The notes under the pieces are model-generated. The model ran no database searches. It worked only from the letters and a program-made list of their open reading frames with translations, and was not told the origin of the DNA. Below are positions 52,773 through 64,000 of a stretch of DNA of 64,000 nucleotides, in pieces (the stretch's first letter is position 1; every line of letters begins with the position of its first letter). Made by a program: the position numbers and the translations under genes. This DNA comes from a virus. The DNA lies in the IMG/VR virus record IMGVR_UViG_3300003323_001324, positions 1 through 64,000 of that record; one strand, written 5' to 3'.

Positions 52773-55256
52773 ATGACCGCCCCCGTCTCCTGCTGCTTGA
52801 TCGTCAAGAACGAGAAAGGGCAGATAGAGTCCTGCCTCCAGTCCCTGCGCCCGCACGTCCGGGAGATCGTCGTCGTCGACACCGGCTCGACGGACGGGAC
52901 CTTCGAGATCTGCGCGAAGTACGCCGACGTCCACGAGCGCTACTCCGGGTGCAACGACGAGCAAGGGCGCATCGTCGACTTCTCGGACGCGCGCCAGCGC
53001 AGCTTCTCTCTCGCCCGCCAGCCGTGGGCGATGTGGGTGGACGGGGACGACGAGGTGGTCGGCGCTGAGAAGATCGGCGCCCTCATCGAGGGCTTCGAAA
53101 AGTCCGGGAGCTCTGGCTCGAAGCTCATCATGCTCCCGTACGACTACTCCCGCGACGCCGCCGGGAACACGACCTGCCTGCACTATCGCGAGCGCATCTG
53201 CTCCCCGAAGGACGCCTTCAAATGGGTGAACCCCGTCCATGAGGTCCTTACCCCCACCGGGCACATGGAGGTCCTGAAGACGGACGACGTCCGCATCGTC
53301 CACCGTCGGCAGGAGTCGGGGAAGGTCATCGAGCCGGGGCGCAACCTCCGCATCCTGGAGGCCTACTACAAGCGTGTCGGGGACAGCGACACCCGCCAGC
53401 TCTACTACCTCGGCCTCGAGTACGCGAACGCCGGCGACATCCGCAAGTCCATCGAGTTCCACAAGAAGTACGTAGAGCGCTCCGGGTGGGACGACGAGAA
53501 GTGCCTCTCCTGCCTCGAGGTCGCCAAGCACTACCAGGGCTTCGGCGAGTATGATGAGGCCATCAGCTGGGCCCTGAAGGCCACGACCGTGAAGGAGGGG
53601 TGGGGCGAGCCCTATTTCTCCCTCGGAAAGAGCTACTACTTCAAGGCCCAGGCCGGCGGCGGCCCCGACGCCAGGCGCAATTGGGAGAGGGCTGTCGGCT
53701 TCTTCCGCCTTGGCCTTAGCATGCCGCCGACCGAGACCATCCTCTTTGTCAACCCGATGGAGAGGAACCTCGAGGTCCACAAGTTCCTCAACCTCGCCCT
53801 GAACCACATCGGCGACGTCCAGGGCGCCCTCGAGAGCGCCATGGCCGGACTCCGCGCGGATCCCGAGGAGGGCGGCCTTAGGGGCAACGCCAGCCTCTAC
53901 GTGGAGCACTTGGCGAAGAAGACCATCGAGGAGAAGCTGAACGTCCTGCTCGGTATGGGAAGGCTCTCCGCCGACATGGCCGGGTTCGTCATGGACGCCA
54001 TTCACGGCCGGGTCCAGGTGAAGTCTACTCCGATAAGGTCTGTCCCGACCGCCCCGGTAGCCCCGGCTCTTCCGTCCCCGGCCGTCGAGGCTCCGCAGAC
54101 CCCCGCCCGCCTTGTGTTCGAGCAGACCCAGAACCCGCTCGACATCGTCCTGTACGTGGGCTACGGAGTGGAGCCCTGGACCCCCGCCACCTTCAGCCGG
54201 ACCGGGCTCGGGGGGTCGGAGACCATGGCCTGGGAGATGGCGCGCCGCCTTGCCGCCATCGGCAACCGCGTTCGGTTCTACGGCGACTGTCAGAACATGG
54301 AGGGGACCTTCGAGGGCGTGGAGTTCCTCCACTACGACAGGTTCAGGGACGTCAGCTGTGACGTCCTCGTCTCCTCGCGCCGCCCTCACATGGTCGACGA
54401 CTCCTTCAACGTCCGGGCGCGCGCCCGCATCTGCTGGGTTCACGACGTCACCTGCGGGGACGCCCTGAGCCACTCCCGCGCCCTGCGCCTCGACCGTATC
54501 CTCTGCCTCAGCCAGTGGCACAGGGACACGTTCCTGTCGGCCTACCCCTTCGTCCACCCCGACCAGGTCCTGGTCACTAGGAACGGCATCGACCTCTCCC
54601 GCTTTTCGAAGCAGGTCGTCCGCAACCCGCACCGGATGATCTTCAGCTCGTCCCCGGACCGAGGCCTGCAGACGGCCATGACGGCGATGCCCCACATCCG
54701 CAAGCGCGTCCCCGACGCCGAGCTCCACGTCTTCTACGGCTTCAAGAACTGGGAGACCGTCGCCCAGAGCTCCGGCAACCACGACCAGCTCGCCATCATC
54801 CGCCTGCTGCGCGGCATGATCGAGGAGGGGAAGCAGCACGGCGTGCACTTCCACGACCGCGTCGACCAGGACCGCCTCGCCCACGAGTTCCTTCAGAGCG
54901 GCGTCTGGGGCTACCCTACCTGGTTCACCGAGACCTCCTGCATCACCGCCATGGAGGCGCAGGCCGCCGGCCTGCGCATCGTGACGTCCCCCGTCGCCGC
55001 CCTCAACGAGACGGTCGGCCCGAGGGGCCGGATGATCCCGGGAGACTGGCTCTCCCCCGACTACCTCTCCCAGTACGTCGACGCCGTCGTGGACGCCATG
55101 CAGAGGCCCGGGGATCAGGACCGGGCGGACCAGGCCGCCTACGCCGCCGCAAACTTCGGCCTGGACTCGCTTGCCCTCGACTGGGACGCCATGCTCCATC
55201 GCGTGATCTCCGAGGTCGAGCGCGACATCGTCGTCCCCTACAAGGTCGTGGCCTGA
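52773..55256 (+). CDS. GT2 + TPR + GT4 fused glycosyltransferase
   Basis: LIVKNE, VVDTGSTDGT, DFSDAR, VDGDD, VHE; TPR helices; GGSE, SSSPDRGL, ETSCITAMEAQAAG. Confidence 0.9.
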   Translation: MTAPVSCCLIVKNEKGQIESCLQSLRPHVREIVVVDTGSTDGTFEICAKYADVHERYSGCNDEQGRIVDFSDARQRSFSLARQPWAMWVDGDDEVVGAEKIGALIEGFEKSGSSGSKLIMLPYDYSRDAAGNTTCLHYRERICSPKDAFKWVNPVHEVLTPTGHMEVLKTDDVRIVHRRQESGKVIEPGRNLRILEAYYKRVGDSDTRQLYYLGLEYANAGDIRKSIEFHKKYVERSGWDDEKCLSCLEVAKHYQGFGEYDEAISWALKATTVKEGWGEPYFSLGKSYYFKAQAGGGPDARRNWERAVGFFRLGLSMPPTETILFVNPMERNLEVHKFLNLALNHIGDVQGALESAMAGLRADPEEGGLRGNASLYVEHLAKKTIEEKLNVLLGMGRLSADMAGFVMDAIHGRVQVKSTPIRSVPTAPVAPALPSPAVEAPQTPARLVFEQTQNPLDIVLYVGYGVEPWTPATFSRTGLGGSETMAWEMARRLAAIGNRVRFYGDCQNMEGTFEGVEFLHYDRFRDVSCDVLVSSRRPHMVDDSFNVRARARICWVHDVTCGDALSHSRALRLDRILCLSQWHRDTFLSAYPFVHPDQVLVTRNGIDLSRFSKQVVRNPHRMIFSSSPDRGLQTAMTAMPHIRKRVPDAELHVFYGFKNWETVAQSSGNHDQLAIIRLLRGMIEEGKQHGVHFHDRVDQDRLAHEFLQSGVWGYPTWFTETSCITAMEAQAAGLRIVTSPVAALNETVGPRGRMIPGDWLSPDYLSQYVDAVVDAMQRPGDQDRADQAAYAAANFGLDSLALDWDAMLHRVISEVERDIVVPYKVVA

Positions 55257-56383
55257 TGCGCGTCGCGTTCTTCTATCCCAGCGGGTCCATGAGGCTCCCG
55301 GTGGACATCGGGAACCTCTGGACCGCCGACCGTGGCCTGACCGGGTCCGAGATCGCCTTCTTCATGTACGCGATCGGGCTCGCGGAGCGCGGCCATGGCG
55401 TCACCATCTTCACGAAGACCGGTCGCCCCGCGGACCTCGGCCGCGTCACCTGCCTCCCCTACGAGGAGTGGGCCTCCACCTACCACTCGCAGCCGTGGGA
55501 CGCCCTCTGTTCTTGGATGACGCCGGAGCCCCTGAGGCTGGCGAGCCACGGGGCCCTCCGCCTCTTCAACCAGCAGGTCTCCGACTTCGGGCAGTGCGAC
55601 CCTGGGTGGGAGCAGTGGGTCGACCTCGTCGGCCCCCTCTCGCACTCCCACGCCCGGCACCTCGCGAGCATCTCCTCCGTCCCGAGGGAGAAGTGGCGCG
55701 TCATGTACAACGGCGTCGACACGTCCGCGTTCAAGCCCGCCCCCAAGGTCCCGGGCAAGATGGTCTGGGCGTCCTCGCACGACCGCGGCCTGCACTGGCT
55801 GCTCGAGGCCTTCCCGAAGGTGAGGGCGCGGGTCCCGCACGCGGAGCTCCACGTCTTCTACGACTTCGACGGCATCGAGAAGTTCTCGGGCATCCCCGAC
55901 CGCGAGGTGGTCCCCCTCATGCGCGAGCTCGGCGCGCGCTCCCGCTACAGCCGGGAGGCGCTCGCCCGCCTGGCCGGGAAGGGCGTCCACGTGCACCGCT
56001 CGGTGTCCAGGGCCCGCATTCAGGAGGAGATGGCCTCGGCCGAGGTCCTGGCCTACCCGTGCGACCCCGTCCGGTACACCGAGACCTTCGGCGTCACGGT
56101 CCTCGAGGCCCTTGCCTGCGGGACCGTCCCCGTGCTCTGCACGGCCGACTCCTTCGCCGAGCTCTGGTCGGGGAGCCCGCACGTCCCCGCCCCCTACGCC
56201 GCGCACAAGGACGAGTACGTCGACCTCCTCGTGCGCGCCCTCACCGACGGCCCCTGGCGCGAGGCCCACTCCCGGGCCGGCGTCCTCCGCGCCGCGACCT
56301 TCGACTGGCGGGGCCTCGTCCCCGGGCTCGAGATGGCCTTGCAGACCCGCGGGGCCTCCGGCCTCCCGACGGTGGAGTGGTGA
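55256..56383 (+). CDS. GT4-family glycosyltransferase
   Basis: GLTGSE, NGVD, SSHDRGL, ETFGVTVLEALACG. Confidence 0.88.
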   Translation: MRVAFFYPSGSMRLPVDIGNLWTADRGLTGSEIAFFMYAIGLAERGHGVTIFTKTGRPADLGRVTCLPYEEWASTYHSQPWDALCSWMTPEPLRLASHGALRLFNQQVSDFGQCDPGWEQWVDLVGPLSHSHARHLASISSVPREKWRVMYNGVDTSAFKPAPKVPGKMVWASSHDRGLHWLLEAFPKVRARVPHAELHVFYDFDGIEKFSGIPDREVVPLMRELGARSRYSREALARLAGKGVHVHRSVSRARIQEEMASAEVLAYPCDPVRYTETFGVTVLEALACGTVPVLCTADSFAELWSGSPHVPAPYAAHKDEYVDLLVRALTDGPWREAHSRAGVLRAATFDWRGLVPGLEMALQTRGASGLPTVEW

Positions 56384-57609
56384 TGAGGATAGCCTTCGTA
56401 TACGGACCCTTCTGCCTCGGCGGGAGCGACACCTCCGGCAACCACGTCAAGGGCTTCGACTTCTCCGACATGTGGGGGAACCCGCGGGGCCTCACCGGCT
56501 CCGAGATCTCGTTCTTCCGCATCGCCCAGGAGATGCGCAAGCGGGGCCACGAGGTCGTGGCCTTCACGTTCGGCCTCAACGGCGACCCTCCCGCGACTTG
56601 GGAGGGCATCCAGGTCCGCCCGTTCCCGCAGCTCTACGGCGAGGGCGTGGCCTCGTCCTTCGACGCCGTCTACTCCTGGAACGAGGCCGAGGTCCTTCGC
56701 CCGCTTCCGGGAGGCCCGAAGGGCCCCCTCCGGATGTGCAACCTGCAGATCAATGACTTCGTCCACTGCCGCCCTGGCTTTGGCGAGATCGTCGACCTCT
56801 GGACGAGCCCCTCGGAGTCGCACCGTCAGATGGTGCTGTCGAAGCCTGCCCATCCGGTCCACCTGTACCAGGGTGACGAGCCCTACGCTTACGCCCCCGA
56901 CCCCTCTCGCTGGGAGGTCCTGACCAACGGCTGCGACCCCCAGAACTACGACGCCCTCTACGGCTCTGGCGTGAAGAAGGTCCCGGGCCGCGTCATCTGG
57001 GGCTCCTCCCCCGACCGCGGCCTGCACTGGCTCCTTCAGGAGTGGCCCAAGATCCGCCGCGCCGCCCCGCACGCGCACCTCAAGATCTTCTACAAGGTCA
57101 TGAAGTGGGCGGACAACATCATCGCCCACCCGGGCTGGGACCCGACCATCAAGGAGCAGATCCGGAGGGCCCACTACATTAAGGAGGCGCTCTCCCGCCT
57201 GGCCGCCCACGGAGTCGAGCTCGTCGACTCCGTGTCGCGCCGCGAGATCGACCGCCAGATGGCCGAGGCCGAGGTCCTGGCCTACTGCTGCGACCCTGTC
57301 TCCTGGACCGAGGGGTTCTCCGTCACCCTCATGGAGGGCTGCGCGGCCGGCTCCTTCCCCGTCACCACCGCGGTCGACGCCCTCCCCGAGATCTACGGCG
57401 AGTGCGTCCCGATGGTCCCGGTCCCCGTCCACGCGCACGTTGGCGCCTTCTCGGACCACGTCATTCGCGGCCTGACGGACCCCGTCCACCGTCACGAGGT
57501 GAACGAGAGGGTCCGCAATCTGGCCTGGCGCTATACCTGGTCCTCCCTCGCCGCCAGGCTCGACGGTATTCTGTCCAAGCACATCGCGCGCAAGCGCTCC
57601 GGAGCATGA
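56383..57609 (+). CDS. GT4-family glycosyltransferase (paralog of the previous gene)
   Basis: GLTGSE, NGCD, SSPDRGL, EGFSVTLMEGCAAG; TGATG overlap. Confidence 0.88.
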   Translation: MRIAFVYGPFCLGGSDTSGNHVKGFDFSDMWGNPRGLTGSEISFFRIAQEMRKRGHEVVAFTFGLNGDPPATWEGIQVRPFPQLYGEGVASSFDAVYSWNEAEVLRPLPGGPKGPLRMCNLQINDFVHCRPGFGEIVDLWTSPSESHRQMVLSKPAHPVHLYQGDEPYAYAPDPSRWEVLTNGCDPQNYDALYGSGVKKVPGRVIWGSSPDRGLHWLLQEWPKIRRAAPHAHLKIFYKVMKWADNIIAHPGWDPTIKEQIRRAHYIKEALSRLAAHGVELVDSVSRREIDRQMAEAEVLAYCCDPVSWTEGFSVTLMEGCAAGSFPVTTAVDALPEIYGECVPMVPVPVHAHVGAFSDHVIRGLTDPVHRHEVNERVRNLAWRYTWSSLAARLDGILSKHIARKRSGA

Positions 57610-57610
57610 T

Positions 57611-58075
57611 ATGAACAACGAAGAGTACACGTCTGCAGTGGACCGCGGCGAGTGGCCGTCGGACCCGACCGTCCCCCTTCCCGCCCCGTTCGTGAACCAC
57701 AACGGGAGCATCCAGAACCTGGTCCTCAAGCCCATGCGGTCCGTCACCGCCCTCACGTCGGTGAAGGGGGCCGTCCGGGCGAACCACTACCACAAGACGG
57801 ACTGGCACTACACGTACGTCGCCTCCGGCCGCGTCGCCTACTACGAGCGCGCCATCGGGGCCGAGGACGTCCCGGAGCCGACGGTCTACGGGCCAGGGCA
57901 GATGTTCTTCACGCCGCCCTTGCGCGAGCACACGATGGTCTTCCTGGAGGACTCGCTCATCATCACGATGGCGAAGAACGTCCGGAGCCACGAGGAGCAC
58001 GAGGCCGACCTCGTCCGCGTCCAGGTCATCGACCCGGCCCTCGTCCCCGGTATCATCTCCGTCCTGGCGAAGTGA
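57611..58075 (+). CDS. Cupin (NDP-sugar epimerase/isomerase-like)
   Basis: RANHYHK..WHY.YVASG, PP..EH. Confidence 0.8.
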   Translation: MNNEEYTSAVDRGEWPSDPTVPLPAPFVNHNGSIQNLVLKPMRSVTALTSVKGAVRANHYHKTDWHYTYVASGRVAYYERAIGAEDVPEPTVYGPGQMFFTPPLREHTMVFLEDSLIITMAKNVRSHEEHEADLVRVQVIDPALVPGIISVLAK

Positions 58076-58100
58076 CCGTTCCCCGGTATCGTCGGGCCTG

Positions 58101-59390
58101 ATGGAGAAGATCTCCCCCGACTGCCGGGTCCGGAGCGACTGCCGACTTTGCGGCGGCCGCCTCTCGAAGGCCCTCGACCTCGGCTCGACCCCGCCCGCGA
58201 ACGAGTTCGTGACCCGGGAGACGGTCGAGTCGGGGGTCGTGCAGGACACCTTCCCGCTCTTCCTGAGCGCCTGCCACACCTGCGGGCACGTCCAGCTCCC
58301 GGTGGTGGTGGACCCCCGTCGCCTTTTCTCTAACTACGTCTACGTCTCGGGGACCTCGAAGGTCTTCGTGGAGCACTTCCGCCGCTATGCCGAGTCGATG
58401 ATCGCGCAGCTCGGGCTCGTACCGGGCGACCTCGTCGTCGACGTGGGCAGCAACGACGGCACTCTCCTCTCGTTCTTCAGGGACGCCGGCATGCGCGTCC
58501 TCGGCATCGACCCGGCCCGCGCCATCGCGGCCGAGGCGACCTCCCGCGGCATCCCGACCGTCCCGGACTTCCTGACCGTGAAGCTTGCCCGCGAGCTCCG
58601 CGGCGAGCACGGCCCGGCGAAGCTCGTGACCGCCAACAACGTGTTCGCGCACGCGGACGACCTCAAGGAGGTCGCCGACGCCTGCTGCGCGCTCCTGGAC
58701 GAGAGCGGGACCTTCTCGTTCGAGGTCTCCTACCTCCCCTCGGTGGTGAGGGGCACGCTCTTCGACACCGTCTATCACGAGCACACGTCCTATCACCACC
58801 TCGGCCCGCTCTTTGGCTTCCTCGAGCGCTCGGGGCTCGGCCTCTACGACGCGGAGCTCGTGGACACGCACGGCGGGTCCGTCCGCGTCCTCTCCTCCCC
58901 CGTCCTCCGGCGCGCCACGGACCGGGCGCGCGCCATCCTCGCCGACGAGCAGGCCGCCGGGTACGTCCCGGACGTCCTCGTCTCGGGCGGGAGCGGCGGC
59001 CAGTCCGGGCCCCTCGAGGTCCTCGCCCGCGACGTCGAGCTCCTCGGCCTCCGCCTCAAGCGCCTGCTCATCGACATTAGGATGGCGGGCAAGACCGTGG
59101 CCGGCTTCGGCGCCCCCGCCAAGGTGACGACCCTGATGCACAGGTTCGGCCTCGGCCGCGACGACGTCTCCTTCATCGTCGACGACTCGCCGCTCAAGCA
59201 GGGCCTTTACACGCCTGGCAAGTACGTCCCCGTCCTCCCCTCGTCCGCGCTCTACGAGCGCCGGCCTGACTACGTCCTCGTCCTCGCCTGGAACTTCGCG
59301 GAGCCCATCATGCGCTCCCACAAGAGGTTCTCGGACGAGGGCGGGAGCTTCATCGTCCCAATCCCCGAGCTCAAGGTCTACCCGCAATGA
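58101..59390 (+). CDS. NDP-hexose C-methyltransferase
   Basis: CRLC..CHTC Zn site, DVGSNDG, NNVFAH, YHEH, HGGS, GFGAPAK, LAWNF. Confidence 0.9.
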   Translation: MEKISPDCRVRSDCRLCGGRLSKALDLGSTPPANEFVTRETVESGVVQDTFPLFLSACHTCGHVQLPVVVDPRRLFSNYVYVSGTSKVFVEHFRRYAESMIAQLGLVPGDLVVDVGSNDGTLLSFFRDAGMRVLGIDPARAIAAEATSRGIPTVPDFLTVKLARELRGEHGPAKLVTANNVFAHADDLKEVADACCALLDESGTFSFEVSYLPSVVRGTLFDTVYHEHTSYHHLGPLFGFLERSGLGLYDAELVDTHGGSVRVLSSPVLRRATDRARAILADEQAAGYVPDVLVSGGSGGQSGPLEVLARDVELLGLRLKRLLIDIRMAGKTVAGFGAPAKVTTLMHRFGLGRDDVSFIVDDSPLKQGLYTPGKYVPVLPSSALYERRPDYVLVLAWNFAEPIMRSHKRFSDEGGSFIVPIPELKVYPQ

Positions 59391-60469
59391 ACGACAGCAA
59401 TCACGGCTTCCTGCTCCAGAGCGACATCGAGGACATCGTCGACAAGCTCCCCGCCTCCGTCGTGGAGCGCTTCTACGGCAGCCGCGTCCTCATCACGGGC
59501 GGCATGGGCTTCCTCGGCCGCTACTTCACGGCCTTCTTCACCCAGCTAAACCGCATCCGCCCGGCGCGCTTCATGCCGTGCGAGCTCGTGGTCCTGGACA
59601 ACTTCATCACGGCCGGCGAGCACGGGCGCCTCGCCTCCAAGTCTCGCGAGTTCGCCTTCGTCGAGCACGATATCATCAACCCGTTCTACCCCGAGCGCCC
59701 CGTGGACTACATCATCCACGCCGCCGGCATCGCCTCCCCCTTCTGGTACCGGAAGTACCCGGTCGAGACCCTCAAGGTCTCCACGGTCGGCACCGAGAAC
59801 ATCCTGAAGCTCGCGGCGAAGCATAAGGGCAGCAAGACCATCGTCTTCTCGTCCAGCGAGATCTACGGCGACCCCGACGCCAAGCACGTCCCGACCGCCG
59901 AGAGCTACCGCGGAAACATCTCCTGCCTCGGCGCCCGAGCCTGCTACGACGAGGGGAAGCGCGTGGGCGAGACCTACTGCCGCGTCTTCCACGAGACCTT
60001 CGGGGTCGACGTGAAGATGATCCGCCCCTTCAACGTCTACGGGCCGGGCATGCAGAAGACGGACTACCGCGTCCTGCCGAACTTCGGCGCCAAGATCATG
60101 GACGGCAAGCCCCTCCACATCTACGGCGACGGGAGCCAGACCCGGACGTTCTGCTACGTGACGGACGCCATCCGCGGCTTCCTCCAGGTGCTGATGGACG
60201 GCGTCCCCGGCGAGCCCTACAATGTGGGGACCCCGGACCCGGAGATCTCGATGGTGAACCTGGCCAAGGAGATCGGGAAGGTCCTCGGCAAGGAGCCACA
60301 GTACGAGCTCGTGGAGTACCCGGACAGCTATCCCGGCGACGAGCCTATGCGCCGCTGCCCCGACATCACGAAGGCCCGCACGCAATGCGGGTACGAGCCG
60401 CAGGTCACGCTCCAGGACGGCCTGAAGAGGTTCTTCGGCTGGGCGCAGGAGACCTACGCCCGGGTCTGA
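59387..60469 (+). CDS. NAD-dependent epimerase/dehydratase (UDP-glucuronate decarboxylase-like SDR)
   Basis: TGGMGFLG, SSSEIYGDP, YDEGKR, RPFNVYGP, QTRTFCY, RRCPDI. Confidence 0.9.
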   Translation: MNDSNHGFLLQSDIEDIVDKLPASVVERFYGSRVLITGGMGFLGRYFTAFFTQLNRIRPARFMPCELVVLDNFITAGEHGRLASKSREFAFVEHDIINPFYPERPVDYIIHAAGIASPFWYRKYPVETLKVSTVGTENILKLAAKHKGSKTIVFSSSEIYGDPDAKHVPTAESYRGNISCLGARACYDEGKRVGETYCRVFHETFGVDVKMIRPFNVYGPGMQKTDYRVLPNFGAKIMDGKPLHIYGDGSQTRTFCYVTDAIRGFLQVLMDGVPGEPYNVGTPDPEISMVNLAKEIGKVLGKEPQYELVEYPDSYPGDEPMRRCPDITKARTQCGYEPQVTLQDGLKRFFGWAQETYARV

Positions 60470-60470
60470 G

Positions 60471-61654
<1,184 letters not shown>

Positions 61655-63674
61655 CCCCCGATACGTCCTCGCCCTCGTAGGCGGACGGCTCCCCGAACAC
61701 CGGCCGCTCCTTGACACCCTGCTCGTACTGGGCCTGCGTGATGCTGCCCCGGTCGAGCATCATCTTCATAATCTTGCGCAGGAACCCGAGCCGGCCCTCC
61801 CCGACCTTCTTCCCCTCCTCGAAGCCCGCGGACTTCGGGCTCGGGAGGAGCGAGGCCAGGAACAGGGACTGGCTGAGCGTGAGGGCCGCCGGATCCTTCG
61901 AGAAGTAGCGCTTCGCCGCCGGCCCTATCCCGTAGAGGTCGGGGCCGAACTCGACGACGTTCAGGTAGAGCTCCATCTCCTCCGTCTTCGTCAGCCTCTG
62001 CTCCAGGTACGTCGTGAGGAAGAACTCCTGGATCTTCCGGGAGATCGTCTTCTCCCTCGCGAGCCAAAGGTTCTTGGCCAGCTGCATGGAGATGGTGCTC
62101 CCTCCCCGGACGAACCTCCCGGCCGAGATGTTCTGCTCCATCGAGTTCTCGAGGGCCTGGACGAGGATGCCCCGGTGCGACATGAAGCTCGGGTCCTCGG
62201 TCGCCATGACCGCCAAGGGCATGTAGGGGGAAACCATTCCGAGAGGAACCCAGTCGGGCCCTCCCGGGCCTGTCGTGTCCGTGACCCTCTTCCCCTTCGA
62301 GGAGTAGACCTCGCGGGCGAACGGCCTGCGGAGCCTCGAGACGCGGAGCTCCTCCGGCACCTCCTTCACCCTGCAGCGGTTCTGGAGCCATATGGAGACG
62401 TCCGGCTTCTTCCTCTCCGGGAGGTCCACCTGGACGCTCGCCCGCCACGAGATGGTCCCCTCCACGGCCGATCCCCTGATCCTGGGGACCATGTTGTTCG
62501 GCAGGGACTCGAGCAGGCTCTGGCAGTCGACCTCCGGCATCTCCGCGTCGGCCCGGAACTCCGCCGGGCTAAGGAGGGCCGTCAGGTTCACCTCGGCTCC
62601 CCCGACCTTCACGTTCGCGCGCTCGAGGGACAGGGTCTCCCCGTCCCTCTTGACCTCCGCCTTCAGCCGGACCTTCTCCACGGAGAATTCCCCGTTCGAG
62701 AGCTTCTCGTTCGCGGTCTCTATGCTCTCTGCCAGGAGCTCTACCTCGGCGGTTTCCGCCTCGCCCTTGTCCCTGCGCACCCGCAGGACAATCTGGGACG
62801 CGGCGCTCCCCTCCGCCTCCGCCTTCCTTGCCTCGAGCCCGACGAGCGTGCTCTCTCGGCTCACCTTCACGTCGACGGTCGCCGACTCGGCCCTGGCCGT
62901 CCGTCCTCCCATCTCCACGGAGATGGACTCGGCCTTGAGGCTCCCCTCGATCTCCCGTCCTCCTGTTCCCGCTCCCCCTCCTTTCCTCTCCGCCCTCCCG
63001 ACCTTCACCTTCACGGTCCTGGCGCTCGCGTCCACCCTCTTCCCCGGGTCCACGTCCTTCATCGTCACCTTCTCGGCGACCGCGGAAGAGCCTCCGGACT
63101 TGACCTCCGCGTCCCCCTGGAACGACACGAGCCCCTCGGGGCTCAGGCTCGCCTGCCGTGCCTTTGCGTATATCTCCAGGCTCCCCTTCTTGATCGCCAC
63201 CTCGGACTCGAGCACCTCCACCGGGGGCCTCCTTGACGCCCTCCCCTCCCGGGGCTCCTCCGAGAGCTCGGCCGTTACCTTGGCCCCCGTCACCAGGACC
63301 TTCAGCACTTCAAGGCTGGCGTCGACGAGGACGACGACCTTCTTGGCCTCGACGTCCTTCTTCCTTCCCGACGCCCTGACGTCCAGGAGCTCCACCCTCC
63401 AGGGGCGGACTCTCGTCTCCCCGACCTCGAGCTTGAGCCCTGCCCGCGCGGCCTCCTTGACGGCCGTGGCCTCCGCGGCCGCGGCCAGCGTCCAGGGCGC
63501 CGTCGCAGCGGCCAGCGCCATCGCGGCCAGCGCCGCCTTCTTCCATGTGATCCTCATGCGTCCCTGCCTACCTCTTCCTCTCCCTGACTTCCGCATCCGC
63601 CGGCCATTCGGTTGTCTTTTTATAACCGTCGCCGCGACCGGCTCGTAGGATCGCCCTCGGAGGATACGACCAAC

Positions 63675-64000
63675 ATGCCGCCATCAGCAGCCCGCCCGCA
63701 GACCGCCCCGAACAACATTCCCTGGAAGCGGGGAGAGTTCCTGACCTTCTTCGCCAAGATGAAGATGCGCGTCGGCGGCCACAACGGGAACGAGACCGTC
63801 GAGATCTACGCCGGGGACGAGTTCGAGTACGACGGTAGCATCGTCAAGTACGCCGGCCGCGAGTTCCCGCAGCCCAACATCCGGGCGGCCATTCGCGACG
63901 GCTGGGCGACCATGAGCCAGGAGGACAGCGGCACCCCGGCCCCCTTCGTCGCCTCTCGCGACGTCGCCAAGTCCCAGTCGAAGACTACGGACCTCAGCCG
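63675..64000 (+). CDS. Hypothetical protein, 3'-truncated
   Basis: GGAGG RBS; frame is open to the window end. Confidence 0.7.
   Translation, partial: MPPSAARPQTAPNNIPWKRGEFLTFFAKMKMRVGGHNGNETVEIYAGDEFEYDGSIVKYAGREFPQPNIRAAIRDGWATMSQEDSGTPAPFVASRDVAKSQSKTTDLS

Overview
This is a 64-kb slice of a large, high-GC tailed phage (Caudoviricetes, probably jumbo-sized). A Myxococcota-like host is only a tentative inference, from the GT51 protein type and the Cys-rich lipoproteins. The left part (~0.6-24.2 kb) is a head-morphogenesis module: a tandem sigma-r4 regulator, putative internal-head proteins, TerS, TerL, portal, prohead protease, scaffold, decoration protein and major capsid protein. It is followed by a terminator and a decayed HNH gene. 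The right part is a dense accessory region. It holds pyrE/pyrD/pyrC plus a degenerate pyrF, a nucleoside hydrolase, a vWA protein, coaD, an NrtR-NAMPT-NMNAT NAD salvage operon with two operator boxes, a 2H phosphoesterase (Acb1-like), Vsr, a seven-gene sugar/glycosyltransferase cluster and a GT51 transglycosylase. The strongest signals not explained by these annotations are: (1) a shared C-terminal peptide tag ([VI]-[ML]-[ET]-[SEA]-stop) on seven unrelated small proteins; (2) a DIP1984-like gene followed by a ~220-nt structured RNA with two cUUCGg loops and a 7-nt-periodic repeat, then a 28-aa histone-like peptide; (3) a mosaic gene carrying a capsid-protein fragment with a 32-nt exact match to the MCP gene; (4) two classes of start-proximal promoter motif, including palindromic bidirectional leaderless promoters; (5) an ADP-ribose-sensing NAD counter-defence circuit. 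No tRNA, rRNA, CRISPR array or reverse transcriptase was seen. All family calls come from motif recognition by eye, with no database searches.
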